Shown here: positions 10,559-21,021 of the stretch, one piece after another | How the letters are laid out: each line of letters opens with the position of its first letter | Numbering within the stretch: the stretch's first letter is position 1 | From: a virus | IMG/VR virus record: IMGVR_UViG_3300029825_000002 | Location: 23,129 to 87,128 of that record | Length of the DNA stretch: 64,000 nt | Reading direction: 5' to 3' (one strand) | Notes under the pieces: model-generated | Seen by the model: the letters and a program-made list of their open reading frames with translations, nothing else | What the model was told of the DNA's origin: nothing | Databases searched by the model: none | Program-made: the position numbers and the translations under genes

Positions 10559-10834
10559 ATGAATAAAAAAGAGTTTGATGAACAACAACTAAGACTTTCA
10601 AGGTATGCTAATGTAACACGAAGGATAGATGACATTAATGCAGTTGTAGACCATCAATCTTTAATAAAAAATAATAATGTTGAAAACACTTCTTTAAAGC
10701 TAGTTTCATATGTTCAAGGTAGTTCTCTTACTAAAGAAGTATTTTTTAATTCTAATCATCCTATTAGCAAAGCAATAATTAAACTTTTAAAAGATGAAGT
10801 TATATGTTTAGAAAAAGAAAGAGATAAAATTTAA
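10559..10834 (+). CDS. Hypothetical protein
   Basis: ORF with AGGTG SD. Confidence 0.55.
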   Translation: MNKKEFDEQQLRLSRYANVTRRIDDINAVVDHQSLIKNNNVENTSLKLVSYVQGSSLTKEVFFNSNHPISKAIIKLLKDEVICLEKERDKI

Positions 10835-10844
10835 GGAGGAAAAT

Positions 10845-11375
10845 ATGAAAAAGTTATTAAAGAAAGTGGGAGACAAGAAAGTAAAAGAAAGTACCATTGA
10901 AGAAGATGTTCAAGAATATAATCTTTTAAGAACCAAAGTCAAAACCATTAAAAATAGAATGGATGAATTGGCAACAAAGATTAAGGAATTTTCTATTAAA
11001 AATGGAACAAAAGATGATAAAGGCAATTGTTATTCTACTAATGATACTTTTATATATGGTGCAAAAGCAGTTAAAAAGATAAAGTGGAATACAGAAAAAG
11101 CAGAAGAATACTTTAGGGGAAAGAAATTGTGGGACAAGGTAATAGACATTAGAGAAAGTATAAATGATGATAAAGTAGAACAGTTAATAACAAATAATGA
11201 ACTCACAGAAGATGAATTGGAAGATTTAGTTGATATGACAGTTAATTATTCAGTAGATGTACATTTAAAAGAAAATGAAGAAAAGATACAAGAGAATATA
11301 GCAAAACATAGTCCTGTTACTACTAAAAGAACTGGACAAACTCAAAGAAAAGTACAAGCATTAAGACATAGATAG
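10845..11375 (+). CDS. Hypothetical coiled-coil protein
   Basis: AAGGAGG SD; helical N-terminus. Confidence 0.6.
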   Translation: MKKLLKKVGDKKVKESTIEEDVQEYNLLRTKVKTIKNRMDELATKIKEFSIKNGTKDDKGNCYSTNDTFIYGAKAVKKIKWNTEKAEEYFRGKKLWDKVIDIRESINDDKVEQLITNNELTEDELEDLVDMTVNYSVDVHLKENEEKIQENIAKHSPVTTKRTGQTQRKVQALRHR

Positions 11376-11391
11376 ATTGGAGGTACTTTTA

Positions 11392-11700
11392 ATGGGTGTT
11401 AAGAAGAAACGAACTATGAAAATAAAAGGGGAGAAAGTTGAGTTATTTTATATTGGTACATTAGCAAAAGAACTTGGAAGAACAGTACAGTGTATAAGAA
11501 AGTGGGAGATTGCAGGATATTTACCTCAACCAATGTTTAAAGATGGACAAGGTAATAGAATGTATTCAAAAGAACAAATAGATGCAATAGTAAAATGTGC
11601 AGTAGAAAGTAAGATAAGACCTGGTTATGCAATAACTAACACACCTTTTCAAAAGAAAGTGTGGAAAGCACTTAAAGAACTAAATAAAAAGTATATTTAA
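11392..11700 (+). CDS. MerR-type HTH DNA-binding protein
   Basis: FYIGTLAKELGRTVQCIRKWE..G.LP...GNRMYS. Confidence 0.75.
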   Translation: MGVKKKRTMKIKGEKVELFYIGTLAKELGRTVQCIRKWEIAGYLPQPMFKDGQGNRMYSKEQIDAIVKCAVESKIRPGYAITNTPFQKKVWKALKELNKKYI

Positions 11701-11711
11701 GGAGGAAAATA

Positions 11712-11942
11712 ATGAAGAAATTAACTAAAGGTAATAAAAAAGTAGAAAAGAAGAAAAATGAGAAAGAGAATAAAGAAAAGGAAATGAAGGTTTATACTAA
11801 AAAGGATTTGCCTGATGGAACTAAAGTATTAGCTAAAGAAGACTCTGTATTTTGTACTGGTGAGAAAGCAGATACTTTTGAAGTAACTTTAGCAGAAGAT
11901 TTAAAAGTTGGCAATAAAGTATTAGCTAAAAAGGTGAAATAA
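11712..11942 (+). CDS. Lys-rich hypothetical protein
   Basis: GGAGG SD. Confidence 0.5.
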   Translation: MKKLTKGNKKVEKKKNEKENKEKEMKVYTKKDLPDGTKVLAKEDSVFCTGEKADTFEVTLAEDLKVGNKVLAKKVK

Positions 11943-11953
11943 TCATTGTACCA

Positions 11954-12211
11954 ATGGAATATGTAATGGAAGAAAATAAGGATATAGATAAAGAAGAACC
12001 TTCTTTAATGTTACTTGAAGAGATAAATAAAATGGTAAGTGAAAAATTTCATTTAGATAAAAATTATCAAGTAAGTAACTTTAGTTTCAGTGGCAGCAAT
12101 GCAAAAATAACTCTTTCTTCCGCTTATTTTGATATATCAGTTAAAGTAAAAGGTAGTGTTCTAAATGACATTATGGACAAGCTAGAATTGGACAAAGATA
12201 TGTTGGGTTAG
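11954..12211 (+). CDS. Hypothetical protein
   Basis: ORF in operon, followed by terminator. Confidence 0.5.
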   Translation: MEYVMEENKDIDKEEPSLMLLEEINKMVSEKFHLDKNYQVSNFSFSGSNAKITLSSAYFDISVKVKGSVLNDIMDKLELDKDMLG

Positions 12212-12216
12212 AAATT

Positions 12217-12246
12217 AGAAGTTGTATTAATTTACAACTTCTTTTT
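12217..12246 (+). terminator. Intrinsic terminator
   Basis: AGAAGTTGTA/TACAACTTCT stem plus T run. Confidence 0.75.
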
Positions 12247-12433
12247 AAAATAGGAGGAATTAATATGTCTTGGGATTTTTCTAAATATAGTTTCTTTGAT
12301 TTTATTAAAGCAGAATATGTACTAAATTGGGAATGAATAAAAAGATATTGGCAGGTATATCTTATAGTAATTTTAGTAGTTATATTAACTTATGCATCTA
12401 TTTATAAGTATGAAAGGAGTAAAAAATGAAATA

Positions 12434-13914
12434 ATGGATGAATTAAAATTATTTGATGCTTTTTCTGGTATTGGAGCTTTACATAAAGCTTTAAATAATT
12501 TAAATATGCCAGTTAGTTTAACAGGTATTAGTGAAATAGACATAGACGCTATAATTGCCTATGATGCTATTTATACTCATACAAATAAAATACCTGTAAA
12601 GTTTAGACACTATTCAAAAAAGAAAATGCGGAAGTATTTAATAAAAAGAAATATAGGTTATGATTTTAAGAATAATAAAAGTAAAATACCTAGATTAAAT
12701 AAATCAAAATTGGTACAGGTATTTCAAGCTTGTATTAGAACAAATAATTATGGAGATATATCTTTAATACCCCCTAAGAATTTACCTGATTTTGATTTAT
12801 TTAACTTTAGTTTTCCCTGTACCAAAATTTCTATAGCAGGTAAACAAGAAGGTATGAGAGATAAAGAAGGGAATGTAACAAGCAGCGGATTATATATTTA
12901 TGGTATTAAAATATTAAAAGTAAAAAGACCTAAATATATAATGATAGAAAATGTCAAGAATTTAGTTAGTAAGAAATTTATTAGTGACTTTTATTCTATA
13001 ATAAATGAATTAAATGAAATAGGATATAATTGTTACTATCCCGAAGATAAAAATAAAGTTGAATGTTTAAATGCTAAAGATTATGGTATTCCACAAAATA
13101 GAGAAAGAATTTATGTAATCTGTATAAGAAAAGATGTAGATATACATGATTTTGAATTTCCTGTGGGTAGAGATTGGGGTATAAGATTAAAAGATATTCT
13201 GGAAGATAAAGTTGACGAAAAATATTATTTAAGTGAAGAATATTTACAAAGATTTAAAGTTAGTCTAAGTAATAAAAAACTTCAGCATAAAATACCTAAC
13301 ACTGGAAGGTGTGAAGTTATAGGAACAACAGTTAATCCTAAAGCAAAAGGAAGTAATTCAAGACATTGGGTATATAATCCTAATAAAATAATTGGTACAA
13401 TAACAGCAACAGATTATAAACAACCTAAACAAATATTAGATAACTCTATAAAAGTAATAGGTAGTACAAAAGCTGAAGGTCAAAAAGGTTTTGATGTTAT
13501 AAATAGGGTATATAGTAAATCACCAACAATAGATACCATGCAAGGGGTAATAGGCAGCCTAAAATAATAGAAATTACAGATAAAAATGAATTAAATCAAA
13601 TTGAAGATATTACTGGAGGTAGTGAACAAGGAAATAGAGTATATGACAGTAATTATTTAGCTAAAACACAATGTTCTAATGGTGGTGGATTAGGTGGAGT
13701 AACAGGATTATATACTGATATTAATAACTATAGAATACGTAAATTAACTCCACTGGAATGTTGGCGGTTAATGGGATTTAGTGATGAAGATTTTTATAAA
13801 GTTAAAAATGCAAATATATCGGATAGTCAACTATATAAAATGGCAGGTAATAGTATAGTTGTTAATGTACTCATGGCAATATTTAAAAATTTATTTAAAA
13901 CAGGAGGAAGTAAA
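12434..13914 (+). pseudogene. dcm: DNA cytosine-5 methyltransferase split by a 1-nt frameshift at 13544-13547
   Basis: FDAFSGIG, FSFPC, IENV, QNRERI in the first frame; RKLTPLECWRLMGF..LYKMAGNSIVV in the shifted frame; one extra G restores MQGGNRQPK. Confidence 0.85.
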
Positions 13915-14256
13915 ATGAAAAAGTTAAATAAAAGTGATAATGGTTTAAAGAGAAGATTAAAGAAGAATACTACATTAGTTCATAGAGAAGGTAGAGAAGA
14001 ACATACAGAAAGAGAAGGGGAACAAATAGATTCTTCAAGTAAACATAATATACAGAAACAAACTGGTGTAAAAACAGTGGGTATGTCCTTTGGACTTACT
14101 AAGAACATGGGTGATTTTGAAAGTTTAAGAGTGGATGCATGGTTAACAGATGAAGTTAAAGAAGGGGAAACACAAGAACAAGCTTTACAAAGAATAAGTG
14201 ATTTATTGCAAACACATCTAGTAGAAACTGTTTCTGATTTTACAGATGAAAATTAA
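13915..14256 (+). CDS. Hypothetical protein, in frame with the MTase C-terminus
   Basis: Own GGAGG SD before ATG 13915; GLTKNMGDFESLRVD segment. Confidence 0.6.
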   Translation: MKKLNKSDNGLKRRLKKNTTLVHREGREEHTEREGEQIDSSSKHNIQKQTGVKTVGMSFGLTKNMGDFESLRVDAWLTDEVKEGETQEQALQRISDLLQTHLVETVSDFTDEN

Positions 14257-14268
14257 GGAGGGAAATAA

Positions 14269-14466
14269 ATGACTATTAGTTATAAACAAGCATTAATTGA
14301 ATTTAAGGATAGTTTACCAGATGGTGAATACAAGAGAATGTTAAAGAAAGATAGACCTGCTTTAAGGTTTGAATGGCAATGTTATATGAATAGTTTAGGA
14401 GGTAGTCAAAGAATAACTTCAAAACAATATCATAGTTGGAGTTATCCAGAGAGTTGGAATGATTAA
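14269..14466 (+). CDS. Hypothetical protein
   Basis: AAGGAGG SD. Confidence 0.55.
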   Translation: MTISYKQALIEFKDSLPDGEYKRMLKKDRPALRFEWQCYMNSLGGSQRITSKQYHSWSYPESWND

Positions 14467-14480
14467 AGGGGTGATATAAT

Positions 14481-14738
14481 TTGTTAAAGAAATTGTTAGT
14501 TAAATTATTTGGAATAAAATTATATAATTATTCTTTTACTTATATTGGTGCAAATAATCTTACTGGTAGAATAGAATTAGATAGACCAACTAAGATAACA
14601 ACACATGAACAATTAGAAAAATTGGATAATATATTTTCAGATAAAAATAATGTTAAATGCATTATTATGAACTTTACTTTATTGCGAACTTATAAAGTAA
14701 GTAAACAGGACTTTAATAAATTAAAGAAATGGGTGTGA
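14481..14738 (+). CDS. Hypothetical protein
   Basis: GGGGTG SD, TTG start. Confidence 0.5.
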   Translation: MLKKLLVKLFGIKLYNYSFTYIGANNLTGRIELDRPTKITTHEQLEKLDNIFSDKNNVKCIIMNFTLLRTYKVSKQDFNKLKKWV

Positions 14739-14744
14739 TAAAAA

Positions 14745-15008
14745 TTGAGAGAATATGAAACTAAAAAGGTGGAGAAGAAAGTTTTATCTAAAGTAACTTG
14801 TGATGTTTGTAAAAAAGAAATAAAGAAAGGGGAAGAATACTATAATGTAACTACACATCATAATGATTGGGGAAATGATAGTGTGGATAGCTTTAAAGAT
14901 TTTGATATATGTTCAGATGATTGTTTAAAAGTAAAGTTTGTTGAGTTTGTAAAAGCACAGGAAGAAACTAAACATATAGATATAGCAAAAGAAAAAGCAG
15001 AAGAATAA
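14745..15008 (+). CDS. Small Cys-motif hypothetical protein
   Basis: CDVC and CSDDC motifs. Confidence 0.55.
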   Translation: MREYETKKVEKKVLSKVTCDVCKKEIKKGEEYYNVTTHHNDWGNDSVDSFKDFDICSDDCLKVKFVEFVKAQEETKHIDIAKEKAEE

Positions 15009-15017
15009 AAGTTGAAG

Positions 15018-15059
15018 TAATACATCTAAGTTGACATTACATTAATTTAGATGTATTAT
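15018..15059 (+). promoter_or_regulatory. SigA-type promoter inside a 12-bp inverted repeat
   Basis: TTGACA(15031)-17-TATTAT; TAATACATCTAA / TTAGATGTATTA arms. Confidence 0.65.
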
Positions 15060-15124
15060 TTTTATAGTTTCTAAATAAACTATTTTAAATTATTTTTAAA
15101 TTATATTAGGAGGTGATATAAACT

Positions 15125-15304
15125 ATGGTTAAAGTATTAATAAAAGAACCTGCTAAACAAAATAGTGTTGCTCTTTGGACATATCAAGAGGAAAAGATAG
15201 ACAAGCTAGTTGGGGAAGAAGACAGAAATAAAAAGAGTAAACTTAGACTATCTTTAATTCGTAGGGGAGTAGATTTAGCTTTAAAAGAATTGGAGGGAGA
15301 ATAG
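15125..15304 (+). CDS. Small putative ribbon-helix-helix protein (59 aa)
   Basis: AGGAGG SD; NSVALWTYQEEKIDKL...SKLRLSLIRRGVDLAL; not in ORF track. Confidence 0.45.
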   Translation: MVKVLIKEPAKQNSVALWTYQEEKIDKLVGEEDRNKKSKLRLSLIRRGVDLALKELEGE

Positions 15305-15306
15305 TA

Positions 15307-15873
15307 ATGGTAACTTTACATAAAGTAAGTAATACCCAGGATATTATGAAAGCTTTTAATGAACTTCATAGTAAATTGGGTATAACGAATGTTAAAAATA
15401 CCATTACTACTAATAAGCAAAGGGAGAGAAAAAACACTAGTTGTAACTGGTATGAAAGATATAAAGAAAAGTTAGATAAGGGAGAATTAGAAAAATTTAA
15501 TACTAGAGATATGCTTTATTTTTTTAAAGAAAAAGCAGAAGAGAATAATATAAGATTTGTGATTGGTAATGCTAAAATCTATATGCATAACTTTAAAGTA
15601 CTCCAGACAAAAGGTTATTCTAAAGAAGATATATTGGCTATGATTGAATTTTTATTTGATAGCGGTCAGAACTATTTACCTAAAGATAAATTGCATCCAG
15701 GTATTCTTCTTACTAATTGGTGTAATACTATTTATCAAGATACTCAATTATGGTTGAAAGATGAATATGTTCCTAGAACTAAGCAATCAAGTAAAAGACA
15801 GAAGTTATTAAAACATAGAGAATGGCAGAAAAAAGATAAGGATGAAAGTGTTATAGGAGAGTGGGGAATATGA
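15307..15873 (+). CDS. Hypothetical replication protein (possible initiator or loader partner)
   Basis: Overlaps the DnaC-like gene; assignment from synteny only. Confidence 0.4.
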   Translation: MVTLHKVSNTQDIMKAFNELHSKLGITNVKNTITTNKQRERKNTSCNWYERYKEKLDKGELEKFNTRDMLYFFKEKAEENNIRFVIGNAKIYMHNFKVLQTKGYSKEDILAMIEFLFDSGQNYLPKDKLHPGILLTNWCNTIYQDTQLWLKDEYVPRTKQSSKRQKLLKHREWQKKDKDESVIGEWGI

Positions 15874-16508
15874 AAAGACCATTAAGAACACATTTATCTC
15901 CACTAAATTTAACTAGGCGTGGAATACCCAAAAATATGCAGAAGAATACTATTAAAGATTTTGATAGTTTCGGAAATAAAGAAAGAGCAAAAATAGGGAA
16001 GTTAATAAAAGACTATATTAATAATATAGATGATAAGTTTGAAAATAATATTGGTCTTTTTTTATTTGGCTCAAATGGAACAGGCAAAACATATCTTGCA
16101 AGTATAATAGTAAAAGAAGCTTATAGACATAGATATACTTCTAAAAGATGCACTTTTGTAAATTACATAAATGAGTACACAAGAGTGTGGGGGACTAAAA
16201 ACAAAGAAGAGAAAGAAGAAGCAGAAGGATTATTTTATAATGATTTTAAAGCTGTAGAATTTCTTTGTTTAGAAGAATTGGGGAAAGAGATAGATACTTC
16301 AATAAGTGTACCTATACTAGAAGATTTATTAAGATATAGAGAAGAGCATGGACTACCTATAATCATATGTACAAACATTTCCCCGAAAGATTTACTAGAG
16401 AAATATGGTTCAAGTATTATGTCACTTATAAAAGGTAATACTGTTCCTATTAAAATGGTTGGACAAGATTTAAGAGAAAGCACTTTTAAAAAGAGGGGAT
16501 TGAGTTAA
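15870..16508 (+). CDS. DnaC/IstB-like AAA+ helicase loader
   Basis: LFLFGSNGTGKTYLA Walker A; LCLEELGKE Walker B; IIICTN. Confidence 0.85.
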   Translation: MKRPLRTHLSPLNLTRRGIPKNMQKNTIKDFDSFGNKERAKIGKLIKDYINNIDDKFENNIGLFLFGSNGTGKTYLASIIVKEAYRHRYTSKRCTFVNYINEYTRVWGTKNKEEKEEAEGLFYNDFKAVEFLCLEELGKEIDTSISVPILEDLLRYREEHGLPIIICTNISPKDLLEKYGSSIMSLIKGNTVPIKMVGQDLRESTFKKRGLS

Positions 16509-16766
16509 ATGGATGTTAAATGTATCAATTGTGTTCATCTTAAAGATAATTCTAAATGGAATTATTATAAGAATGATAAATGTGAACTATGTAGTTGTGC
16601 TATTGAAAGTGATTTTTGGGAAGGTGATATTCATGCAGAATTAGAATATCCAATAGATTGTCCTGATTTTGTAGATAATAAAACTGAAAGATTTATTGTT
16701 AATAATTTAGTATCAATGGTGGATTCCAATAATACAAAGTTATTAAATGCTATAAAAATAAAATAG
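16509..16766 (+). CDS. Cys-rich hypothetical protein
   Basis: CINC..C..C..CPDF. Confidence 0.5.
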   Translation: MDVKCINCVHLKDNSKWNYYKNDKCELCSCAIESDFWEGDIHAELEYPIDCPDFVDNKTERFIVNNLVSMVDSNNTKLLNAIKIK

Positions 16767-16776
16767 GAGGGAAGTA

Positions 16777-17205
16777 ATGATTGGGAATGATTTAAGTAAT
16801 AAATGTGCAGAAGGTTTATTAATAAGAATAGAAGATACTATTGTAACATATAAAGAAGAAACATTAAAAGATACAATATGTAATTTTATTTTTGGTGCAG
16901 AAAATCGGGCAGAGATAAATCAGGATGGAGTAACATTATTAGAATTACTATTTAAGAAAACAGATTTTAATGTTACTTTAGTAGTTAGTCATTCTTACAT
17001 GATAGAACCCTTACAGAAATTATTAAAAGGAATTCCTTATGTGGGAAGTATAAAGGAAATGGATTTAATGTCTATATATACTTTTATGCATTATAGAAGA
17101 TATGCTTTATATGTAGATAATAACATAGAAAGAAGACAGAAAGTTGGGGGCGAAGATATTTGTATAAATGTGGACAAGTGCTTTAAGTATATTAGGAGGA
17201 CATAA
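16777..17205 (+). CDS. Hypothetical protein
   Basis: GGAGG SD. Confidence 0.55.
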   Translation: MIGNDLSNKCAEGLLIRIEDTIVTYKEETLKDTICNFIFGAENRAEINQDGVTLLELLFKKTDFNVTLVVSHSYMIEPLQKLLKGIPYVGSIKEMDLMSIYTFMHYRRYALYVDNNIERRQKVGGEDICINVDKCFKYIRRT

Positions 17206-19734
17206 ATGAAAAAGAAAAAAGTAAATGTTGAGATAGCTGCTATTTCATCTTTAATAGATACTAAAGATTATTTAGCAGTAAAAGATAAACAAATAAATTC
17301 TTACTTCTTTCAAGAGTTTAAAGAGATAGCTAAATTTATAGATGATTACTATTTAAAAAATAGTGCAGTACCTACAGAAAGAGTTATACATTTAAATTTT
17401 CCTGCCATTAAATTAGAACATAAAGAAGATGGAAAAGTAGGAACAGAAGAACCTATTACTTATTGGTTAGATGAATTGCGGAAAAGAAAAAAGCATAATT
17501 ACATTGCAGAAACAACAGAAGCCATAGCAGAAAGCCTAGAGGATTTTGAAACAGATAAAGCTTATGCAGTAATGAAAAAAGCTGTACTTACAGTTGAAAA
17601 TGAAATAGTAGAAACTCAATCATTAGATATAACAAAAGACAGTGTTGATAGAAAAAAGGTGTACCTGGAAAGAGAAAATAATAAAGGTATGATTGGAATA
17701 CCCACTGGAATAAAAGGATTAGATTATGCAATAAAGGGATTACAGAAAAAGAATCTGATAACTATTATAGCCAACACTGGCGTAGGTAAACAAATAGCCT
17801 AAACAATACAATATAATTTATACTTGTGATATACTATACCTGTACAAGCAGTATAGGAGGAAAGTATAATGAAAAGTATAGAAAATAATAAACTATCTAA
17901 TAAAGAAAGACATTTGCAATCTTTAAAAATAGCACATGAAGCTATAGAATATTATCTTAGTAATAAAAGTATAAGTTTAACTAAACTAGCAATTAAATTT
18001 GGGACAACTAGGACTACTTTATATCATTATATGAAAAATTATAACATAGCAGTTAGAGATATGAGCAAAAAGTATTTTTATGATAAAGATTTCTTTAATC
18101 TAATTAATACAGAGGAAAAAGCTTACTGGTTGGGATTTATATATGCAGATGGATATATTTCTAAAGATAATCATTTAGAAATAACTTTGAATAGTGGAGA
18201 TAAACAACATTTATATAAATTTAGACAAGCTATAAAAAGTAATGTACCTATAAAGACTAAATGGGTAACATTAAACGGAAAAAGATATAAAGCTTGTAGA
18301 ATTAATGTTTGTTGCACCAAAATGTGTAAGGATTTAATAAAACAAGGTGTTTTTAATAATAAATCTTTAAATATACAATTTCCTAAAATATTTAGAGCAA
18401 ATTTAATTAGGCATTTTATTAGGGGATATGTAGATGGAAATGGTTGTTTATCTACAAGAAATATGGTGTATATAAGTTGTGGTTCTAAATTATTTTTAGA
18501 AAGTTTACAAAAAGTATTAATTAAAAAGTTAGATTTAACTAAAGTAAAAATATATAGTGATAAACGTTCCAAAAATTATGCTTATGCCAAAGTTGGAGAA
18601 CAAGGTAAACTTATTAGAAAGTATTTGTATAAAGATTGTAAGATTTATTTAGATAGAAAGTATTGCAAGGTATTGCCTATTCTTACTCAACTTCCACTGG
18701 AGAGTAAGAAAGTGTAACGAGCAAAATCGGTAGAGCATATCCAGAAATGGAGATTAGTAGTACCGAGGTAAGTAATTAGATTGCGAAAGGCTAATTGCCA
18801 CCGTAGAGCGTAGGGGATGAATAAATATAATTCCCCCAAGAGTGCTTGTTGCTTTGTGGAGAAATATTAGAGTACAAAATGTACGCCATGCTGAATAGGA
18901 ATTGACCTATTGATGAAAATGAGGGAAACCTCCAGAGTGTAGGATAAAAAGCCTACAGTTAATAACATCCAGAAAACCTGGCTAGAGATTATTATTGGTG
19001 CATATGCAAATATTAATGGATATGCAGTACAACAGTTTGTAACAGAAATGTCTGAGGAACAAATGGAAGATAGGTATGAAGCAGTATTAATTGGAATGAC
19101 TTTAGGTGAATTTAATTATGGCAGATTTAAAAATGGTACTTTAACCAAAGAAGAGAAAGAAAGATATTTTCATTTTTTAGATAAAGTTAAACCTAGATTA
19201 GAACCATTAAAAATAGAACAAGCTTCAAGTGTATCTAATATGTCAGCTAAGATAGACTTATTTAAACCAGATTTAGTTTTAGTTGATGGAGTTTACCTTA
19301 TGGATGACGATAGGGGAGCAGATAGCGATTGGTTAAGAGTAGCACATATAACTAGAGATATAAAGAATTTATGTAAACAAAGAAAAATTCCTTTTGTAAT
19401 TAATACACAAGCAGATAAAAGTACCAGTAAAAAAACAGGTCCAGAACTAGACAATATATCTTATTCTCAAAGTGTAGGACAGGATAGTGATGTAGTGTTG
19501 GGGTTGTTTCGTGATGAACAAATGATTGAAGATAAAGAAGCAAAGTTAAAAGTATTGAAACAAAGAGAAGGTGTCCTAAGTAGTATTATGATGAACTGGG
19601 ACTTTAATAGAATGAATTTTGATACTATTTATACTATTGGTGGACAGAATGAAGAAGAACATAAACATGATGAAAGTAAGATTGTTGGTGAAGATGAAAA
19701 TAATTCTGCTGTATTAGGTGATAACATAGAATAA
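17206..19734 (+). CDS. dnaB: DnaB-like replicative helicase, join(17206..17787,18973..19734)
   Basis: Splicing restores ANTGVG|KTWL Walker A; exon 2 has TEMS, VLVDGVYLM, NTQA, QDSDVV, VLKQREG. Confidence 0.9.
17788..18972 (+). mobile_element. Group I intron in the dnaB Walker A
   Basis: Exon ends in U, intron ends in G; P1 UAGGU/GCCUA; P3 AACGAGCA/UGCUUGUU; P7 GCGUA/UACGC. Confidence 0.9.
17869..18717 (+). CDS. Intron-encoded LAGLIDADG homing endonuclease with N-terminal HTH
   Basis: AYWLGFIYADG and HFIRGYVDGNG motifs. Confidence 0.9.
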   Translation: MKSIENNKLSNKERHLQSLKIAHEAIEYYLSNKSISLTKLAIKFGTTRTTLYHYMKNYNIAVRDMSKKYFYDKDFFNLINTEEKAYWLGFIYADGYISKDNHLEITLNSGDKQHLYKFRQAIKSNVPIKTKWVTLNGKRYKACRINVCCTKMCKDLIKQGVFNNKSLNIQFPKIFRANLIRHFIRGYVDGNGCLSTRNMVYISCGSKLFLESLQKVLIKKLDLTKVKIYSDKRSKNYAYAKVGEQGKLIRKYLYKDCKIYLDRKYCKVLPILTQLPLESKKV

Positions 19735-19945
19735 AAAAGAAAAGGGGAGATTAAAAATGGGAAATGACATATATTCAGAAGATAACTTACGAATATATTT
19801 ACCCTTAAATGAAATGTATTGTGAGGATATTTATAATCCTTTAGTAACTATTAGAAAATCTATGTATATTTTTGAATTACAAACAAATATACTAGATGAA
19901 ACTTTAGAAAAATCCAGTAGATTTAATATCTAGGGGTGAAATGTT

Positions 19946-20920
19946 GTGTCAGTAAATAGATTAACTAGAGAACAAATAATTGACCTTTTAGAATATGTAG
20001 GAGCAGAACATATCATAAATAATGAAAGTAAGAATTGGATAATGTTCTGCTGTCCTGTTCATGGAGAAAATCATCCTTCAGCAGGAGTAAATGTGGAAGA
20101 ACAATATTTTAATTGTTTTTCTTGTCATGCCAGTGGGGATTTTGGTTGGTTATTAACCTTATCTCTACCAGATGATTTTCCCAATGTAGTTAAAGCTTAT
20201 GAGTTTCTAAAGAAAAGGTATGGCTTTAATTATATATGGGATAGTGGAGATAGTATTAAACGGTATGAAGATAAATATGACGAAGAAGAGAAAGAGCAAA
20301 GAAAGGTTTTACCTAATTCATATCTAGCAGCGTTTAGAAGTGGAAAAGAAACTTATAAGTATTTTTTTAATAGAGGTTTTACTAAAAAGACTATGAAAGA
20401 GTTTATGATTGGTAGAGATATTTTTAGTAAAACAGTAACTATTCCAGTATATTATGAAGATGGAAAGTTGGCAGGATGTATTGGAAGATACATTACTAAA
20501 AGAAGAAAGAATGAAAGATACAAAATATATGAAGTAAAAACTGGAGATATATTATTTCCTATAGATAAAATAGATACAAATAAAAATACTTTAATTTTAT
20601 GTGAGGGAATTTTGGATGCTCTTTGGTTACATCAATTAGGCTATAAAAATTCTGGAGCATTGTTAACTAATAATGTTTCAGTTAATCAATCAAAGTGGAT
20701 AAAAGACCATTTTGATAAAGTAGTAGATATGACAGATAATGATGAAATGGGTTTATTTGCAAGTAAGTCTATACAGAAAAGATTAAGTGGATTAAGTATT
20801 TATGGTGTAACTTATCCAGAAGGAAAAAAGGACCCACAAGATTGTTCTAAAGAAGAAATAGAAAATATGTTAGAAAATAAAGAATTTATTATAAAAATGC
20901 ATTTAAAAGTATATCATTGA
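19946..20920 (+). CDS. dnaG: DNA primase (CHC2 zinc finger plus TOPRIM)
   Basis: CPVHGENHPS..FNCFSC; ILCEGILDALW; DNDEMG; KDPQD. Confidence 0.9.
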   Translation: MSVNRLTREQIIDLLEYVGAEHIINNESKNWIMFCCPVHGENHPSAGVNVEEQYFNCFSCHASGDFGWLLTLSLPDDFPNVVKAYEFLKKRYGFNYIWDSGDSIKRYEDKYDEEEKEQRKVLPNSYLAAFRSGKETYKYFFNRGFTKKTMKEFMIGRDIFSKTVTIPVYYEDGKLAGCIGRYITKRRKNERYKIYEVKTGDILFPIDKIDTNKNTLILCEGILDALWLHQLGYKNSGALLTNNVSVNQSKWIKDHFDKVVDMTDNDEMGLFASKSIQKRLSGLSIYGVTYPEGKKDPQDCSKEEIENMLENKEFIIKMHLKVYH

Positions 20921-20947
20921 TTTGCAAGAGACTAGATTATTGCTTGT

Positions 20948-20976
20948 TTGACACAAATTTTGAACAATGTTATAAT
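20948..20976 (+). promoter_or_regulatory. SigA-type promoter with extended -10
   Basis: TTGACA-17-TATAAT with TG at -15/-14. Confidence 0.8.
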
Positions 20977-21021
20977 CTAGTTGTTTCTTTAATTGAAGCA
21001 AATAACGAAGGGGGAAAGAAA

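Noticed and set aside
12334-12336. Stop-codon reassignment
   Set aside because: TGA, TAG and TAA all end well-defined genes and conserved proteins are not fragmented; the in-frame TGA is an isolated case
20917-21021. N-terminal extension of the SSB ORF
   Set aside because: Contains a consensus promoter; ATG 21022 has the better SD
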